Positions 9,274-18,280 of a stretch of 64,000 nt of DNA are shown here, piece by piece. A program made the translations under genes and the position numbers. This DNA is from Puniceicoccaceae bacterium. GTDB lineage: Bacteria > Verrucomicrobiota > Verrucomicrobiia > Opitutales > Oceanipulchritudinaceae. Location of the stretch: positions 37,273-101,272 of the forward strand of contig JBFOMH010000027.1 in the NCBI GenBank assembly GCA_040830765.1, given 5' to 3'. Below the pieces are notes generated by a model that saw nothing but the letters and a program-made list of their open reading frames with translations, was not told where the DNA came from and did no database searches. Position 1 is the stretch's first letter, and the number at the start of each line of letters is the position of its first letter.

Positions 9274-12132
9274 ATGCGACGATTGATCAGTTTGTCACCG
9301 GCGGTGGCGGAGGTTTTCAGTGACCTGACCGGGAAGACCGGTCCGGACTGGTTTTGCGCCCATGACCCGGTGGACAGCAAGCTGGGCAGTGGGGGTGGAA
9401 CAGTGCATCTTTTAAGGGAAGCCTGGCTGGCCGAGGGGGCAGGGGACCGCTTTTCGGATTGGTTGTCGCGGGAGGGGGGAATCATCCTCCATGCAGGCGG
9501 GCGAAGCCGCCGCCTGCCTGCCTATGCGGCGGAGGGGAAAGCCCTGATCCCGGTCCCGGTGGCGCGCTGGTCGCTGGGGCAGCGGATTGACCAGACCCTG
9601 CTGGACCTGCAGATGCCGTTTTTGGAAAAGGTCCTTTCGCAGGCCGACGGGGAATCCCGTTGGCTCATTGGGAGCGGAGATGTCCTGCTGGAAGCGGATG
9701 CCCTGCCGGACCCGTTACCGGCGGCGGATGTGGTTTGCCTTGGCCTGTGGGGCGAGCCGGAGCAGGCCTCGCGTCATGGTGTCTTCTTCACTCCGAGGAG
9801 TGACCCCGGCCAGCTCTCCTTCATGCTGCAGAAGCCCTCGCTGGACGCCATCCGCAAGGGCAGCGAGGGGCACTATTTTCTTCTCGATGTCGGCGTGTGG
9901 CTGCTGAGTTCGCGGGCGATGCGGGTGCTGGTGGAGCGGAGTATGGAATCGGGCAATGATTCCGGGATCCGGGAATTTGACCTCTACGGGACCTTTGGCC
10001 CGGCATTGGGTGAGGAGCCGCATCAGCAGGACGCTGACATCAACGCCCTGACAACGGCCGTCGTGCCGATGGAGGGTGGCCGCTTCAATCACTTCGGTAG
10101 CGGCAGTGACATCATCCATTCCTGCCTGGAGCTGCAAAACCGGGTCATTGACCAGCGGCGCTTGTCGAATTTGAACATCAAGCCACATCCCTCCCTGTTC
10201 GTGCAAAACAGTGCCTTGGGGAAGTCTATCCTGAGCAGCTCGCTGGAAGACATCTGGGTGGAGAACAGCAGCATTCCGGAGGGCTGGCAGCTATCGCGGG
10301 GCAACATTGTCACCGGCATGCCGGAAAATGACTGGGGACTGCAGTTGAAACCCGGGATGTGCCTCGATGTGGTCCCGATGAAAAATGGCGGCCGGGCATG
10401 GCGGGTCTACGGGCAGACTGATACTTTCCGCGGGGCATTGGGTGAGGAAACAACCCTTTACTGCGGCGAACCACTTGCCCGTTGGCTGGCTATGCGCGGC
10501 TTGAGCCTTGAGGCCCTGGGACTGGACCCGGCCTGTGACATCCAGGAAGCACCGATCTTTCCGTTGATGGAGAACCTGCCGGATGAAGCATTTGTGCAGT
10601 GGTTGCTTTCCGGTTCGGATGATTCCCGCGCGGCAACCTACCTGTCGTCCCCGAGGATCTCCGCGGATGCTATCAGTGCCGGGGCGGATTTATGGCGGAT
10701 GCATGATTCCCGCCGGTACCACTTGAGCAAGGCCCTTCCGGCAATGTACAAGCACTCGGATCGGAGTGTTTTCTACCAGGTTGACCTCGAGGATATGGCA
10801 AGGAAGTGTCACGCCGACAATTTTGAGCCCGCCGGCAACCGACCTGAACCGGAGAGCGACTTATTTGCCCATATCCGGGATGCCATGTTCCGGTCACGCC
10901 TTCTTGAACTGGGCGGACAATCCGGGCAGGAGGAGTCGCAGCGGGCCTTCCGGGCCCTCTCCAATGCAATGATCGACACGGCCCGCGAAAATCCGGTCCG
11001 GCCCCGGTTGGATTGCCTGGACGACCAGATCATCTGGGGCCGCAGTCCCGTCCGCCTGGACCTTGCCGGGGGTTGGTCGGACACGCCCCCTTATTGCTTC
11101 CTCAACGGCGGCCGGGTGGTCAATGTGGCGGTCCAGCTCAACGGGCAGCCGCCGATCCAGGTATTTGTGCGCAAGCGCAAGGAGCGGGGGATCCGCATCC
11201 GGTCGATTGATTTGGGCCATGCCGAGGAGATCATGAGCTATGATGACCTGAGATCCTACGCCCAGCTTGGATCGGGCTTTGCCGTACCCAAAGCAGCGCT
11301 GGCCTTGTGCGGCTTTTTGCCTGAGTTCCATGCCGGGAGCAATCCAGGCGACCTGCCGGAGCTGCTGGAGAACTTCGGCAGTGGGTTCGAGATGTCCCTC
11401 CTCTGTGCCGTACCCAAGGGATCCGGTCTGGGGACCAGCAGCATCCTCGCGGCGACCGTCCTTGGCGTCCTGAATGATTTTTGTCAGTTTGGCTGGGACC
11501 AATACGCGATTGCCCAGCGCGTCCTCGTCCTCGAGCAGATGCTGACCAGCGGGGGCGGATGGCAGGACCAGTACGGTGGTATCTGCCGTGGCCTGAAGTA
11601 TCTGGAAACCAATGCCGGGCTGGACCAGATGCCGACTATCCACTGGATTGACGATCATCTGCTCACCGATCCGGTCCACGAATCGAAGGTTCTTCTTTAC
11701 TACACCGGCATCACCCGGGTGGCCAAGAACCTGCTTGGCGAGATTGTCCAGGGAATGTTTCTGAACAGCCGGGATCGTCTCCGTATCCTCGATAAGATTC
11801 GTCAGCATGCCGCCCACACTCGGGATATCCTGAACCAAGGCAGCTTTGAGGGACTGGCACAGGCCATCGACCGCAGTTGGCGGCTTAACCAGGCACTCGA
11901 TGCCGGCACCAATCCACCGGAGGTGCAGGCGATCCTGGTGCCGATCAGTGACTGGATTGCCGGGTGCAAGCTGCTTGGCGCCGGTGGGGGTGGCTACCTC
12001 CTCATCCTGGCCAAGGATGGCCCGGCGGCCGTGAAAATCAAGCAGCACCTGGAAGCCAATCCCACCAACGACCGGGCCCGCTTTGTCGATGTCAATGTCT
12101 CCCGGGAAGGACTGCAAGTGACGCGGAGTTAG
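9274..12132 (+). CDS. fkp: Bifunctional L-fucokinase / fucose-1-phosphate guanylyltransferase
   Basis: DPVDSKLGSGGGT and LHAGGRSRRLPAYA in the N-terminal domain; GHMP kinase motifs PVRLDLAGGWSDTPP, PKGSGLGTSS, GGGWQDQ and KLLGAGGGG. Confidence 0.93.
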   Translation: MRRLISLSPAVAEVFSDLTGKTGPDWFCAHDPVDSKLGSGGGTVHLLREAWLAEGAGDRFSDWLSREGGIILHAGGRSRRLPAYAAEGKALIPVPVARWSLGQRIDQTLLDLQMPFLEKVLSQADGESRWLIGSGDVLLEADALPDPLPAADVVCLGLWGEPEQASRHGVFFTPRSDPGQLSFMLQKPSLDAIRKGSEGHYFLLDVGVWLLSSRAMRVLVERSMESGNDSGIREFDLYGTFGPALGEEPHQQDADINALTTAVVPMEGGRFNHFGSGSDIIHSCLELQNRVIDQRRLSNLNIKPHPSLFVQNSALGKSILSSSLEDIWVENSSIPEGWQLSRGNIVTGMPENDWGLQLKPGMCLDVVPMKNGGRAWRVYGQTDTFRGALGEETTLYCGEPLARWLAMRGLSLEALGLDPACDIQEAPIFPLMENLPDEAFVQWLLSGSDDSRAATYLSSPRISADAISAGADLWRMHDSRRYHLSKALPAMYKHSDRSVFYQVDLEDMARKCHADNFEPAGNRPEPESDLFAHIRDAMFRSRLLELGGQSGQEESQRAFRALSNAMIDTARENPVRPRLDCLDDQIIWGRSPVRLDLAGGWSDTPPYCFLNGGRVVNVAVQLNGQPPIQVFVRKRKERGIRIRSIDLGHAEEIMSYDDLRSYAQLGSGFAVPKAALALCGFLPEFHAGSNPGDLPELLENFGSGFEMSLLCAVPKGSGLGTSSILAATVLGVLNDFCQFGWDQYAIAQRVLVLEQMLTSGGGWQDQYGGICRGLKYLETNAGLDQMPTIHWIDDHLLTDPVHESKVLLYYTGITRVAKNLLGEIVQGMFLNSRDRLRILDKIRQHAAHTRDILNQGSFEGLAQAIDRSWRLNQALDAGTNPPEVQAILVPISDWIAGCKLLGAGGGGYLLILAKDGPAAVKIKQHLEANPTNDRARFVDVNVSREGLQVTRS

Positions 12133-12164
12133 GCTTGTCCTCGTTGTAATTCGTAGCCTGAAAT

Positions 12165-12193
12165 AAAAAAACCCGGCCACGAGGGCCGGGTTT
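12165..12193 (-). terminator. Rho-independent terminator between convergent fkp and fasciclin genes (possibly bidirectional)
   Basis: AAAAAAACCCGGCC-ACGAG-GGCCGGGTTT stem-loop with a U-tract on the minus strand. Confidence 0.8.
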
Positions 12194-12222
12194 GGAGAGT
12201 TGGTAAGTACAGATTTAACAAG

Positions 12223-12753
12223 TTACTCGCCGACGACAACAGGGAGCAGGACGAAATCGATTTCGTGGACGACGCCGTTGGAGGCATCAATGTCCACTTC
12301 AATGATGTTGGCTACGGAACCAATGGCATCGAGAGTGGCGGAACCGGATTCCTTGAAAACGAAGGACTTGTTCATGGTACGGATGCGCTCGGCGGGTACG
12401 ACATCCTCAGCCAGACGTTCACCCGGAGCAACATGGTAGAGAAGGACTTCTTCGAGGAGACCGTTGGTCACTACGAAGTTGACCAAGCCGTCAACATCGG
12501 TTTCGAGCGCAGCTGCGGTGGCTGCAAATGCTTCGTCATTGGGGGCGAAAACGGTGAATTGGCGCTTGCCGTCGAGGATGCCGGTGAGGCCGGCCGCATC
12601 GAGTGCAAAGGCCAGGATGGAGAAGCGCTCGGTGGAATCAACAATACCAGCGATGGTCATTTCTTCGTGGTCGTCTGCCTGAGCAGCGGAGAATCCGAAA
12701 AGGGTTGCTGATGCGATGAGGAGGAGAGAGATAGCTTTCTGTGTCTTTTTCAT
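12223..12753 (-). CDS. Secreted fasciclin (FAS1) domain protein
   Basis: Signal peptide; FTVFAPNDEAF, LLYHV, DIDASNGVVHEIDFVL. Confidence 0.93.
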   Translation of the reverse strand: MKKTQKAISLLLIASATLFGFSAAQADDHEEMTIAGIVDSTERFSILAFALDAAGLTGILDGKRQFTVFAPNDEAFAATAAALETDVDGLVNFVVTNGLLEEVLLYHVAPGERLAEDVVPAERIRTMNKSFVFKESGSATLDAIGSVANIIEVDIDASNGVVHEIDFVLLPVVVGE

Positions 12754-12914
12754 GATGTCTTGTAATTAAGTGTGTTTCCTAATGCAGATTTGCGTTAGTA
12801 ACATACCCCAATCCCTTCTCTCATGATTGGTCATTTCCATGAATGGTCGCAAAGGACCGCTCAGCGGCAATAAACTGCCTGCTGAAGGAAATTCAGCCTG
12901 AATCAGCTGTCAGC

Positions 12915-13511
12915 CTAGAACGGATGGGGAATCAGGATCGACTCCATCCCGGCCTTTTCAGCGCCTTCAATGCCGAGGAGGCTGTCTTCGAGGACCAGGC
13001 AGTCACTGGGAGCGACACCCATTTTCTTTGCAGCGAGAAGAAACAGGTCGGGGGCCGGCTTGGCGTTTTCCACATCATCAGCCGTCACGACGACTTCAAA
13101 GAGCTCCCCGAGCCCGATGTTCCGGAGGGTAAAGAGGACATCATCGGTAGTCCCTCCGGAGGCCACACTGACGGCTGCTCCAGCTGCGTGGCAGGCGCGG
13201 GCAAAATCCACCACCGGCTCAATCGGGCCGATTGCATGACGATGTTGTTCGAAGTAGGCGTTTTTCGCTTCAATGACGACATCCGGGTCGATTTGCAAGG
13301 TATGGGTCTCGTTCCAGTGTTCGACCGTCTCACGCAAGGCCATGCCGGCGACACTCATGAAATTCTTCCCATCCAGGTGGAAAGGGGCTTGAGCGGCCAC
13401 CAGTCCGGCATTCCAGGCACGCAGGTGAAGGGGCATGGAGTCGGCCAGGGTGCCATCGCAATCAAAGATATACCCCTTGTAGGGCTTTTCCGGTGCGTTG
13501 AAGCTGATCAT
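12915..13511 (-). CDS. HAD-superfamily phosphatase (beta-PGM/YqaB-like)
   Basis: FDCDGTLADS, KPAPDLFL, LEDSLLGIEGA. Confidence 0.9.
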   Translation of the reverse strand: MISFNAPEKPYKGYIFDCDGTLADSMPLHLRAWNAGLVAAQAPFHLDGKNFMSVAGMALRETVEHWNETHTLQIDPDVVIEAKNAYFEQHRHAIGPIEPVVDFARACHAAGAAVSVASGGTTDDVLFTLRNIGLGELFEVVVTADDVENAKPAPDLFLLAAKKMGVAPSDCLVLEDSLLGIEGAEKAGMESILIPHPF

Positions 13512-13641
13512 GTGACCGAGAAGAACAAATACCACCGCGAGGTCGAGTCTGGAGACTATCTTTTGACAATTGTAACCTCAGTTCTTGACCTGCTATAATT
13601 TTTATATATAGAATTTACTCAGTATAATTCTTTTCAGCAGC

Positions 13642-15228
13642 ATGTCATTCGACATTAAAGGATTTCAGGTCAAGTACGTCCTCTCCAACAAGGAGATGGC
13701 GGAGATCTGCAAGTGTTCCCTTCCGACGATTCAAAAGTGGCGGAGTGGGGAGGTTTCAGTTTCCGGGGCTGCGGGTCAATTACTGCGCATGCTCGACATC
13801 AGCTCTGAAGGAGATCCCAACCGACTCCGGGAAGTATTGGTCAAGTTGGACGAGGAAACCTTCTCCACCGGACAAGTTCTCAATCCTGAACTGGAGGAAC
13901 TGGAAAGCAGCATGACGAAGGTGGTGGATCGACTCGAGATCATGCTTGAAAGCCGTCGCAAGGAGAAGGAGCTGGCAGAGAGCGAGGCGCGCTATCGTTC
14001 CATGCTGCAGTCCTTCGTGCATCCCGTTTGCCGCTGGTTGCCGGACACAACCATCACCTACGCCAATGCGGCATATGGCAGGCTGTTTGGGACGGAAAGT
14101 TCGTTGCTCCTTGGGAAAAAGTGGCTCGATCTCGTTCCGTCGAATCGGCGGTCCGATATGGAAATGATCGTGTCCGACATGGTGCGCCGCGCGGAAGAGG
14201 AAGTCGGGGTTCATGAACTTCCGGATGCCGAGGGGAATTTGCGCTACTTCGAGTGGCGGGAAATCCCAGTCAAAAACGAGCGGGGCGAGTTGGTGGAATT
14301 CCACTCCATTGCCCATGAGGTAACCGAGTTGATGCAGCTACGGAGCCGGATGGAGCACTTTGAAGCGGCCAAGGCTGCCATCTTTGAGAGTAGCGGACAA
14401 CCTGTTCTGGTCTTTGACAACGCCGGTCGATGCGTGGAATCCAATGAGTCGTTCCGCCGCCAATTCGGCTGTCGTGAGAACTGTCGCGACCTGACTGAAC
14501 TCTTGCCCCGCCCGGCCTTCAACAAGTTGATGCGTCTGCTGAAGCGCCTCTCCTCAGAGGATGAGGTCTGTTTCCAGGTCATGGTATCCGGGGTCGCTTA
14601 CTTGATGAACATTCGCCAACTGGCCTCGGGTGAAGGCACTGGACCATATTTGGTGGTTTTCCAGACCCTCGAGCAGAATGGGGAACGAAAAGTCATGCAG
14701 GTGCGGCTGCAGCACGAGGTCATTTTACAGGGCGAAAAGCATCAATTCCTTATCGAGGATAAGCTTTCTGACGAGGTTCGGTCGATGATGGCCCAGCTTG
14801 GGCGGGCTGTCCAGGGCCACCGGATCTATGTATTTACCCTCGATGAGGCGGAGCGCGTATTCGATAATATCCTCGAGTGGTGTGCAGAAGGCATTACCCC
14901 GCACATTGATGACCTGCAACGGATTCCGATGAGCGAGTATCCATGGTGGATGGGGCGTCTCCGCAAGCAGCAGTGGATCACTGTCGATGATACGACCAAG
15001 TTACCCCGTAATGCTTCCCGGGAACGGGAAATCCTGATGGCCCAGGATATCCGCTCGATCATGGTGGCACCGCTATTGATGGGAGGCGGAGTCGTTGGAT
15101 TCGCGGGCATTGACCACAATCACACCACGCGCATCTGGCACCAACAGGAACGGCAGCAGCTGGAAACCTTCAAGGGCCGGATTGAGCAACTCCTGGCCGG
15201 CGCGCTGATTCAATCGCCCCAGGTCTAG
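13642..15228 (+). CDS. HTH-PAS-PAS-GAF protein, putative one-component regulator
   Basis: LSNKEMAEICKCSLPTIQKWRSG (HTH); LAESEARYRSML..PVCRWLPDTTITYANAAY (PAS); second PAS-like segment; GAF (RIYVF..EWCAEGI..DIRSIMVAPL..GFAGID). No kinase or cyclase domain. Confidence 0.75.
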   Translation: MSFDIKGFQVKYVLSNKEMAEICKCSLPTIQKWRSGEVSVSGAAGQLLRMLDISSEGDPNRLREVLVKLDEETFSTGQVLNPELEELESSMTKVVDRLEIMLESRRKEKELAESEARYRSMLQSFVHPVCRWLPDTTITYANAAYGRLFGTESSLLLGKKWLDLVPSNRRSDMEMIVSDMVRRAEEEVGVHELPDAEGNLRYFEWREIPVKNERGELVEFHSIAHEVTELMQLRSRMEHFEAAKAAIFESSGQPVLVFDNAGRCVESNESFRRQFGCRENCRDLTELLPRPAFNKLMRLLKRLSSEDEVCFQVMVSGVAYLMNIRQLASGEGTGPYLVVFQTLEQNGERKVMQVRLQHEVILQGEKHQFLIEDKLSDEVRSMMAQLGRAVQGHRIYVFTLDEAERVFDNILEWCAEGITPHIDDLQRIPMSEYPWWMGRLRKQQWITVDDTTKLPRNASREREILMAQDIRSIMVAPLLMGGGVVGFAGIDHNHTTRIWHQQERQQLETFKGRIEQLLAGALIQSPQV

Positions 15229-15644
15229 AACTGGTAGTCTTCGACCAGGCGAGCGATACTGGGACTGAAGTACTGCTTGCCTTCCTTGGCCGCGGCGATC
15301 GCTTTCTGCAGTTCATCGAGCCCGTAGGCCTTTTCCACATAGGCAATAGCGCCATTCTTGAGGGTTGTGTGGAGGATGTCTTCCGAGAGGGAGCCGGTGA
15401 AAATGATGACCTTGGTTTCCGGCAATTCCTTATGCAGGACCTTGAGGACGTCGATTCCGCTGACCTCGGGCAGGCGCAGATCGAGGATAAGCATCTCCGG
15501 CTTCAGTTCACGGCATTTCTCAATTGCCGACGCACCGTCGCGGGCATCACCAAGAAAGTTGATATCCTCCTCGGCGCTCAGGAATTCAGCCAGTAATTCA
15601 CAAACCAGCTCTTCATCTTCGATTAAAAATAGCGAAATCGGCAT
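15225..15644 (-). CDS. Stand-alone NarL-type response-regulator receiver without an output domain
   Basis: LIEDE, ILDLRLPEVSG, IIFTG, YVEK; ends at YFSPSIARLVEDYQF with no LuxR HTH. Confidence 0.85.
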   Translation of the reverse strand: MPISLFLIEDEELVCELLAEFLSAEEDINFLGDARDGASAIEKCRELKPEMLILDLRLPEVSGIDVLKVLHKELPETKVIIFTGSLSEDILHTTLKNGAIAYVEKAYGLDELQKAIAAAKEGKQYFSPSIARLVEDYQF

Positions 15645-15721
15645 TCTATTTTTCAGTTTGGTACCCTGATAAGGGATGTCCATTCCCAATTCAAACGTTT
15701 TTCTTCAATATCGCCAGGTCC

Positions 15722-16819
15722 TCAAATATCGTCCTCCAGGGTTGTTTCGACCTGTTTCCGGTAGCGGAGGACGCGTTCGGAGATCATGTCGAGCGAGGTC
15801 TGGACGATGTGACCCATGCGGGTGCACTTGAGGAACTTCTTGTTCTTGTGGTATTCGGCCATGCCTTCCCGGAGCTGGGCGATTTTCTCGTCCGCGGAAA
15901 TCCGGTCCTCGCACATGCAGGCCAGCAGGCGCTTGACGCGGGTCTCGGCCAGCTGGATGCGCCGGAAAATGACCGATTGCTCCTCTTTCTGGTACTGCCG
16001 GGCGGTCTGCAGGTTGAGCTGTTGCACGGTGAACTCGACGAGCGCGTTGTTGTCCTTGAAAAACTGCGGCAGGTAGAACTTGAGCCGTCCACTGTAGGAT
16101 TGCTGGTCGAAGTCCATGGCCCGGATGCGGATCTGCACATCCTCGAAATCGGGGGTGACATCGACCACGAAGTTGTAGGCCCGCATGTCGCCCAGCAGGC
16201 GGACAAAGCAGCGTTCATTGAATTTGACCAGTTCCTTGGCCAGCCGGATCTGGTTGAGGTGCTCGTCGTGCAACCACTGTTCGATAAAGACATCCCCGGG
16301 GATACCGACCACATGCTCCTCGACCAAAATGTCATCCGCGACGAAGTAGTGCATCCGGTTGGGGGAGAGCAAATGCTCCAGCTCCAGCCCGTAGATCCGG
16401 GAAGCGTCGGACTTCTTGATGTAGTAGTAATCCTGGTTGTCGTTGTAGGAATTGACCACCCGGATGCGGAAGGGATTGCTGTTGCCGAAGGTGCAGTAGT
16501 CCACCCGGTCAACGTAGAGGTGGTCGACGAAAGAGGTATCTCCCTCCATCTTGAGGAGGGCGTAGACAGTGGTCAGCTGCTTGTTGAGGCGCCGCCATAT
16601 TTCCGGCCGGTAGATGACTGTCCGCCACAGCGTATCCTCGCCGTCGGGACCATACAGGGGCATGGCCTCGGCCCACTCCAGGAGGCGGGTGTAGGAGACG
16701 GGCAACTCAAATTCCCGGCTGTACTGCTTGAGGTAATAATGCAGGCCCTCACCCACGGGATACATGGGCTTTTTCTTGGTCGCGAAGGCGTCCAGAACGG
16801 GTACGGGGTCATCCTGCAT
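15722..16819 (-). CDS. Conserved hypothetical protein with atypical kinase-like motifs
   Basis: Long ORF with typical codon usage; TFGNSNPF, YYYIKK, LLGDMRAYNF, IRAMDFD. Start uncertain. Confidence 0.65.
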   Translation of the reverse strand: MQDDPVPVLDAFATKKKPMYPVGEGLHYYLKQYSREFELPVSYTRLLEWAEAMPLYGPDGEDTLWRTVIYRPEIWRRLNKQLTTVYALLKMEGDTSFVDHLYVDRVDYCTFGNSNPFRIRVVNSYNDNQDYYYIKKSDASRIYGLELEHLLSPNRMHYFVADDILVEEHVVGIPGDVFIEQWLHDEHLNQIRLAKELVKFNERCFVRLLGDMRAYNFVVDVTPDFEDVQIRIRAMDFDQQSYSGRLKFYLPQFFKDNNALVEFTVQQLNLQTARQYQKEEQSVIFRRIQLAETRVKRLLACMCEDRISADEKIAQLREGMAEYHKNKKFLKCTRMGHIVQTSLDMISERVLRYRKQVETTLEDDI

Positions 16820-17068
16820 AAGTGGCATTAAGAGAACCGCTGCATGGCTAGGCAATACCGTTTCAAAAATATCCCCAATTGGGGAGGATGCCTTTGAGCT
16901 TGAACCCTTTCGGTAAATTGGCCCATTTTATGGGTTTAATAAGATGATCCCTTGTGAACCAGAAGAAACGGAGCCTGACAGTAGATGCCTTCAAGGCATG
17001 GCTTCCGCATACCATAATTTAGATGAACCGGCCGTGTTGGCCGTTGCAGACAAAAGGGAGGGCCGCCA

Positions 17069-18115
17069 ATGACCACGCTCATTCTGGCCATCGCCTTTAC
17101 CCTGAGCGCTTCCGCCGTTTGTTCCCTGCTGGAGGCCTTTATTCTCAGCTCAACCATGGCGGAAATTGAGAGCCTCAAGAAACGCCATCCGCGCATCGGA
17201 ACGATTCTTGAGAACTACAAGATCGACATCAACGAGACCAGCTCGGCGATCCTTATTCTCAACACCATCGCCAATACCGCTGGAGCGACCATTGTTGGGG
17301 CTCTTGCGGCCCAGCTCCTTGACAGTACATGGCTCGGTATCCTCATGGCCGGGATGGTCCTTGGGATTCTCTTTTTCTCGGAGATCATTCCGAAGAACAT
17401 CGGGGTCGCCTACCGCAAGCCGTTGCAGGTCTACCTGGTCTACCTGCTGGTGGTCGTCCGCACCCTGATGAAGCCGCTTTCCTTCCTGGCCAAGCAGATG
17501 CTGACGGTTATCGTTTCCCATGAGGAACCAACCGAGGAGGAACAGGAAGAGGAAATCCGGCTTCTGGCAGCCCGGAGTGCCAAGAGCGGGGCCCTATCGG
17601 ATGACGAGCGCGATCTCATCTCAAACGCCCTCAGTCTGGATGATGTCAACGTGGAGTCGATCATGACACCCCGGACGGTCGTTACCTTTCTCCGGAACAC
17701 CCTCACGGTCGAGGAAATCTGCCGCGACTTGAAGGTCATTCCGTTTGCCCGGCTCCCGGTTTACGGGGATTCCATTGATGAGATTGTCGGTATAGTGCGC
17801 CGGCGGGACATTCTTGAGGCCAACAGTGAAGGGAGGAACGAGCTGACAATGGAGGATCTCATGGCGGAAACCCTTTTCATTCCTGAGACGGCTTCCGGCA
17901 TGCAGGCCCTGCAACAGTTCCTCAAGCAGCACCAGCAGATCGCGGTCGTGGTTGATGAATATGGCTCCACCGCGGGTGTGATTACCATGGAGGACATTGT
18001 TGAGCATCTCCTCGGCAACGAGATCTATGAGGAGTCGGACGTTGCCGTGGACATGCGGGAACTGGCCAAGAAACGGGCTGAGCGCCTTCCCAGTGCAACC
18101 CCGGATGTGCCGTGA
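17069..18115 (+). CDS. CNNM/DUF21 plus CBS-pair membrane protein (CorB/hemolysin-like)
   Basis: CSLLEAFILS, FSEIIPKNIG, IMTPRTVV, VVVDEYGSTAGVITMEDIVE. Confidence 0.9.
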   Translation: MTTLILAIAFTLSASAVCSLLEAFILSSTMAEIESLKKRHPRIGTILENYKIDINETSSAILILNTIANTAGATIVGALAAQLLDSTWLGILMAGMVLGILFFSEIIPKNIGVAYRKPLQVYLVYLLVVVRTLMKPLSFLAKQMLTVIVSHEEPTEEEQEEEIRLLAARSAKSGALSDDERDLISNALSLDDVNVESIMTPRTVVTFLRNTLTVEEICRDLKVIPFARLPVYGDSIDEIVGIVRRRDILEANSEGRNELTMEDLMAETLFIPETASGMQALQQFLKQHQQIAVVVDEYGSTAGVITMEDIVEHLLGNEIYEESDVAVDMRELAKKRAERLPSATPDVP

Positions 18116-18117
18116 AC

Positions 18118-18239
18118 CCTTTGGAGTGCGGTGGCATGCCACCGCCTTGTCGCCTTTGGAGTGCGGTGGCACGCCACCGCCTTCAATTGCCTCGACATGT
18201 CGAGGCTTAACAAAGCGCTGACATGTCAGCGCACTCCAA
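18118..18239. repeat. REP-like palindromic cluster (GGAGTGC type)
   Basis: Two 31-nt direct copies of CCTTTGGAGTGCGGTGGCAYGCCACCGCCTT (18118-18148, 18153-18183), palindrome GCCTCGACATGTCGAGGC, and an inverted unit AAAGCGCTGACATGTCAGCGCACTCCAA. Confidence 0.85.
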
Positions 18240-18280
18240 GGAGGTTGACTTCCGCTGACTGAACCAAGAACGTCCACAAC

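Noticed and set aside
10894..12180. 428-aa minus-strand ORF
   Set aside because: Antisense to the well-supported fkp kinase domain.
12779..12830. ECF sigma promoter or hairpins upstream of the fasciclin gene
   Set aside because: CCAATC..GGTA and two short inverted repeats are visible but too weak to call without TSS data.
15809..16831. 340-aa plus-strand ORF
   Set aside because: Antisense shadow of the kinase-like gene.
16940..17068. Metal or fluoride riboswitch upstream of the CNNM gene
   Set aside because: Small hairpins are present, but I could not match yybP-ykoY, M-box or fluoride consensus; needs an Infernal/Rfam scan.
18118..18183. CRISPR or terminator call for the tandem 31-mers
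   Set aside because: The gap between copies is 4 nt and there is no U-tract; the layout matches REP elements.
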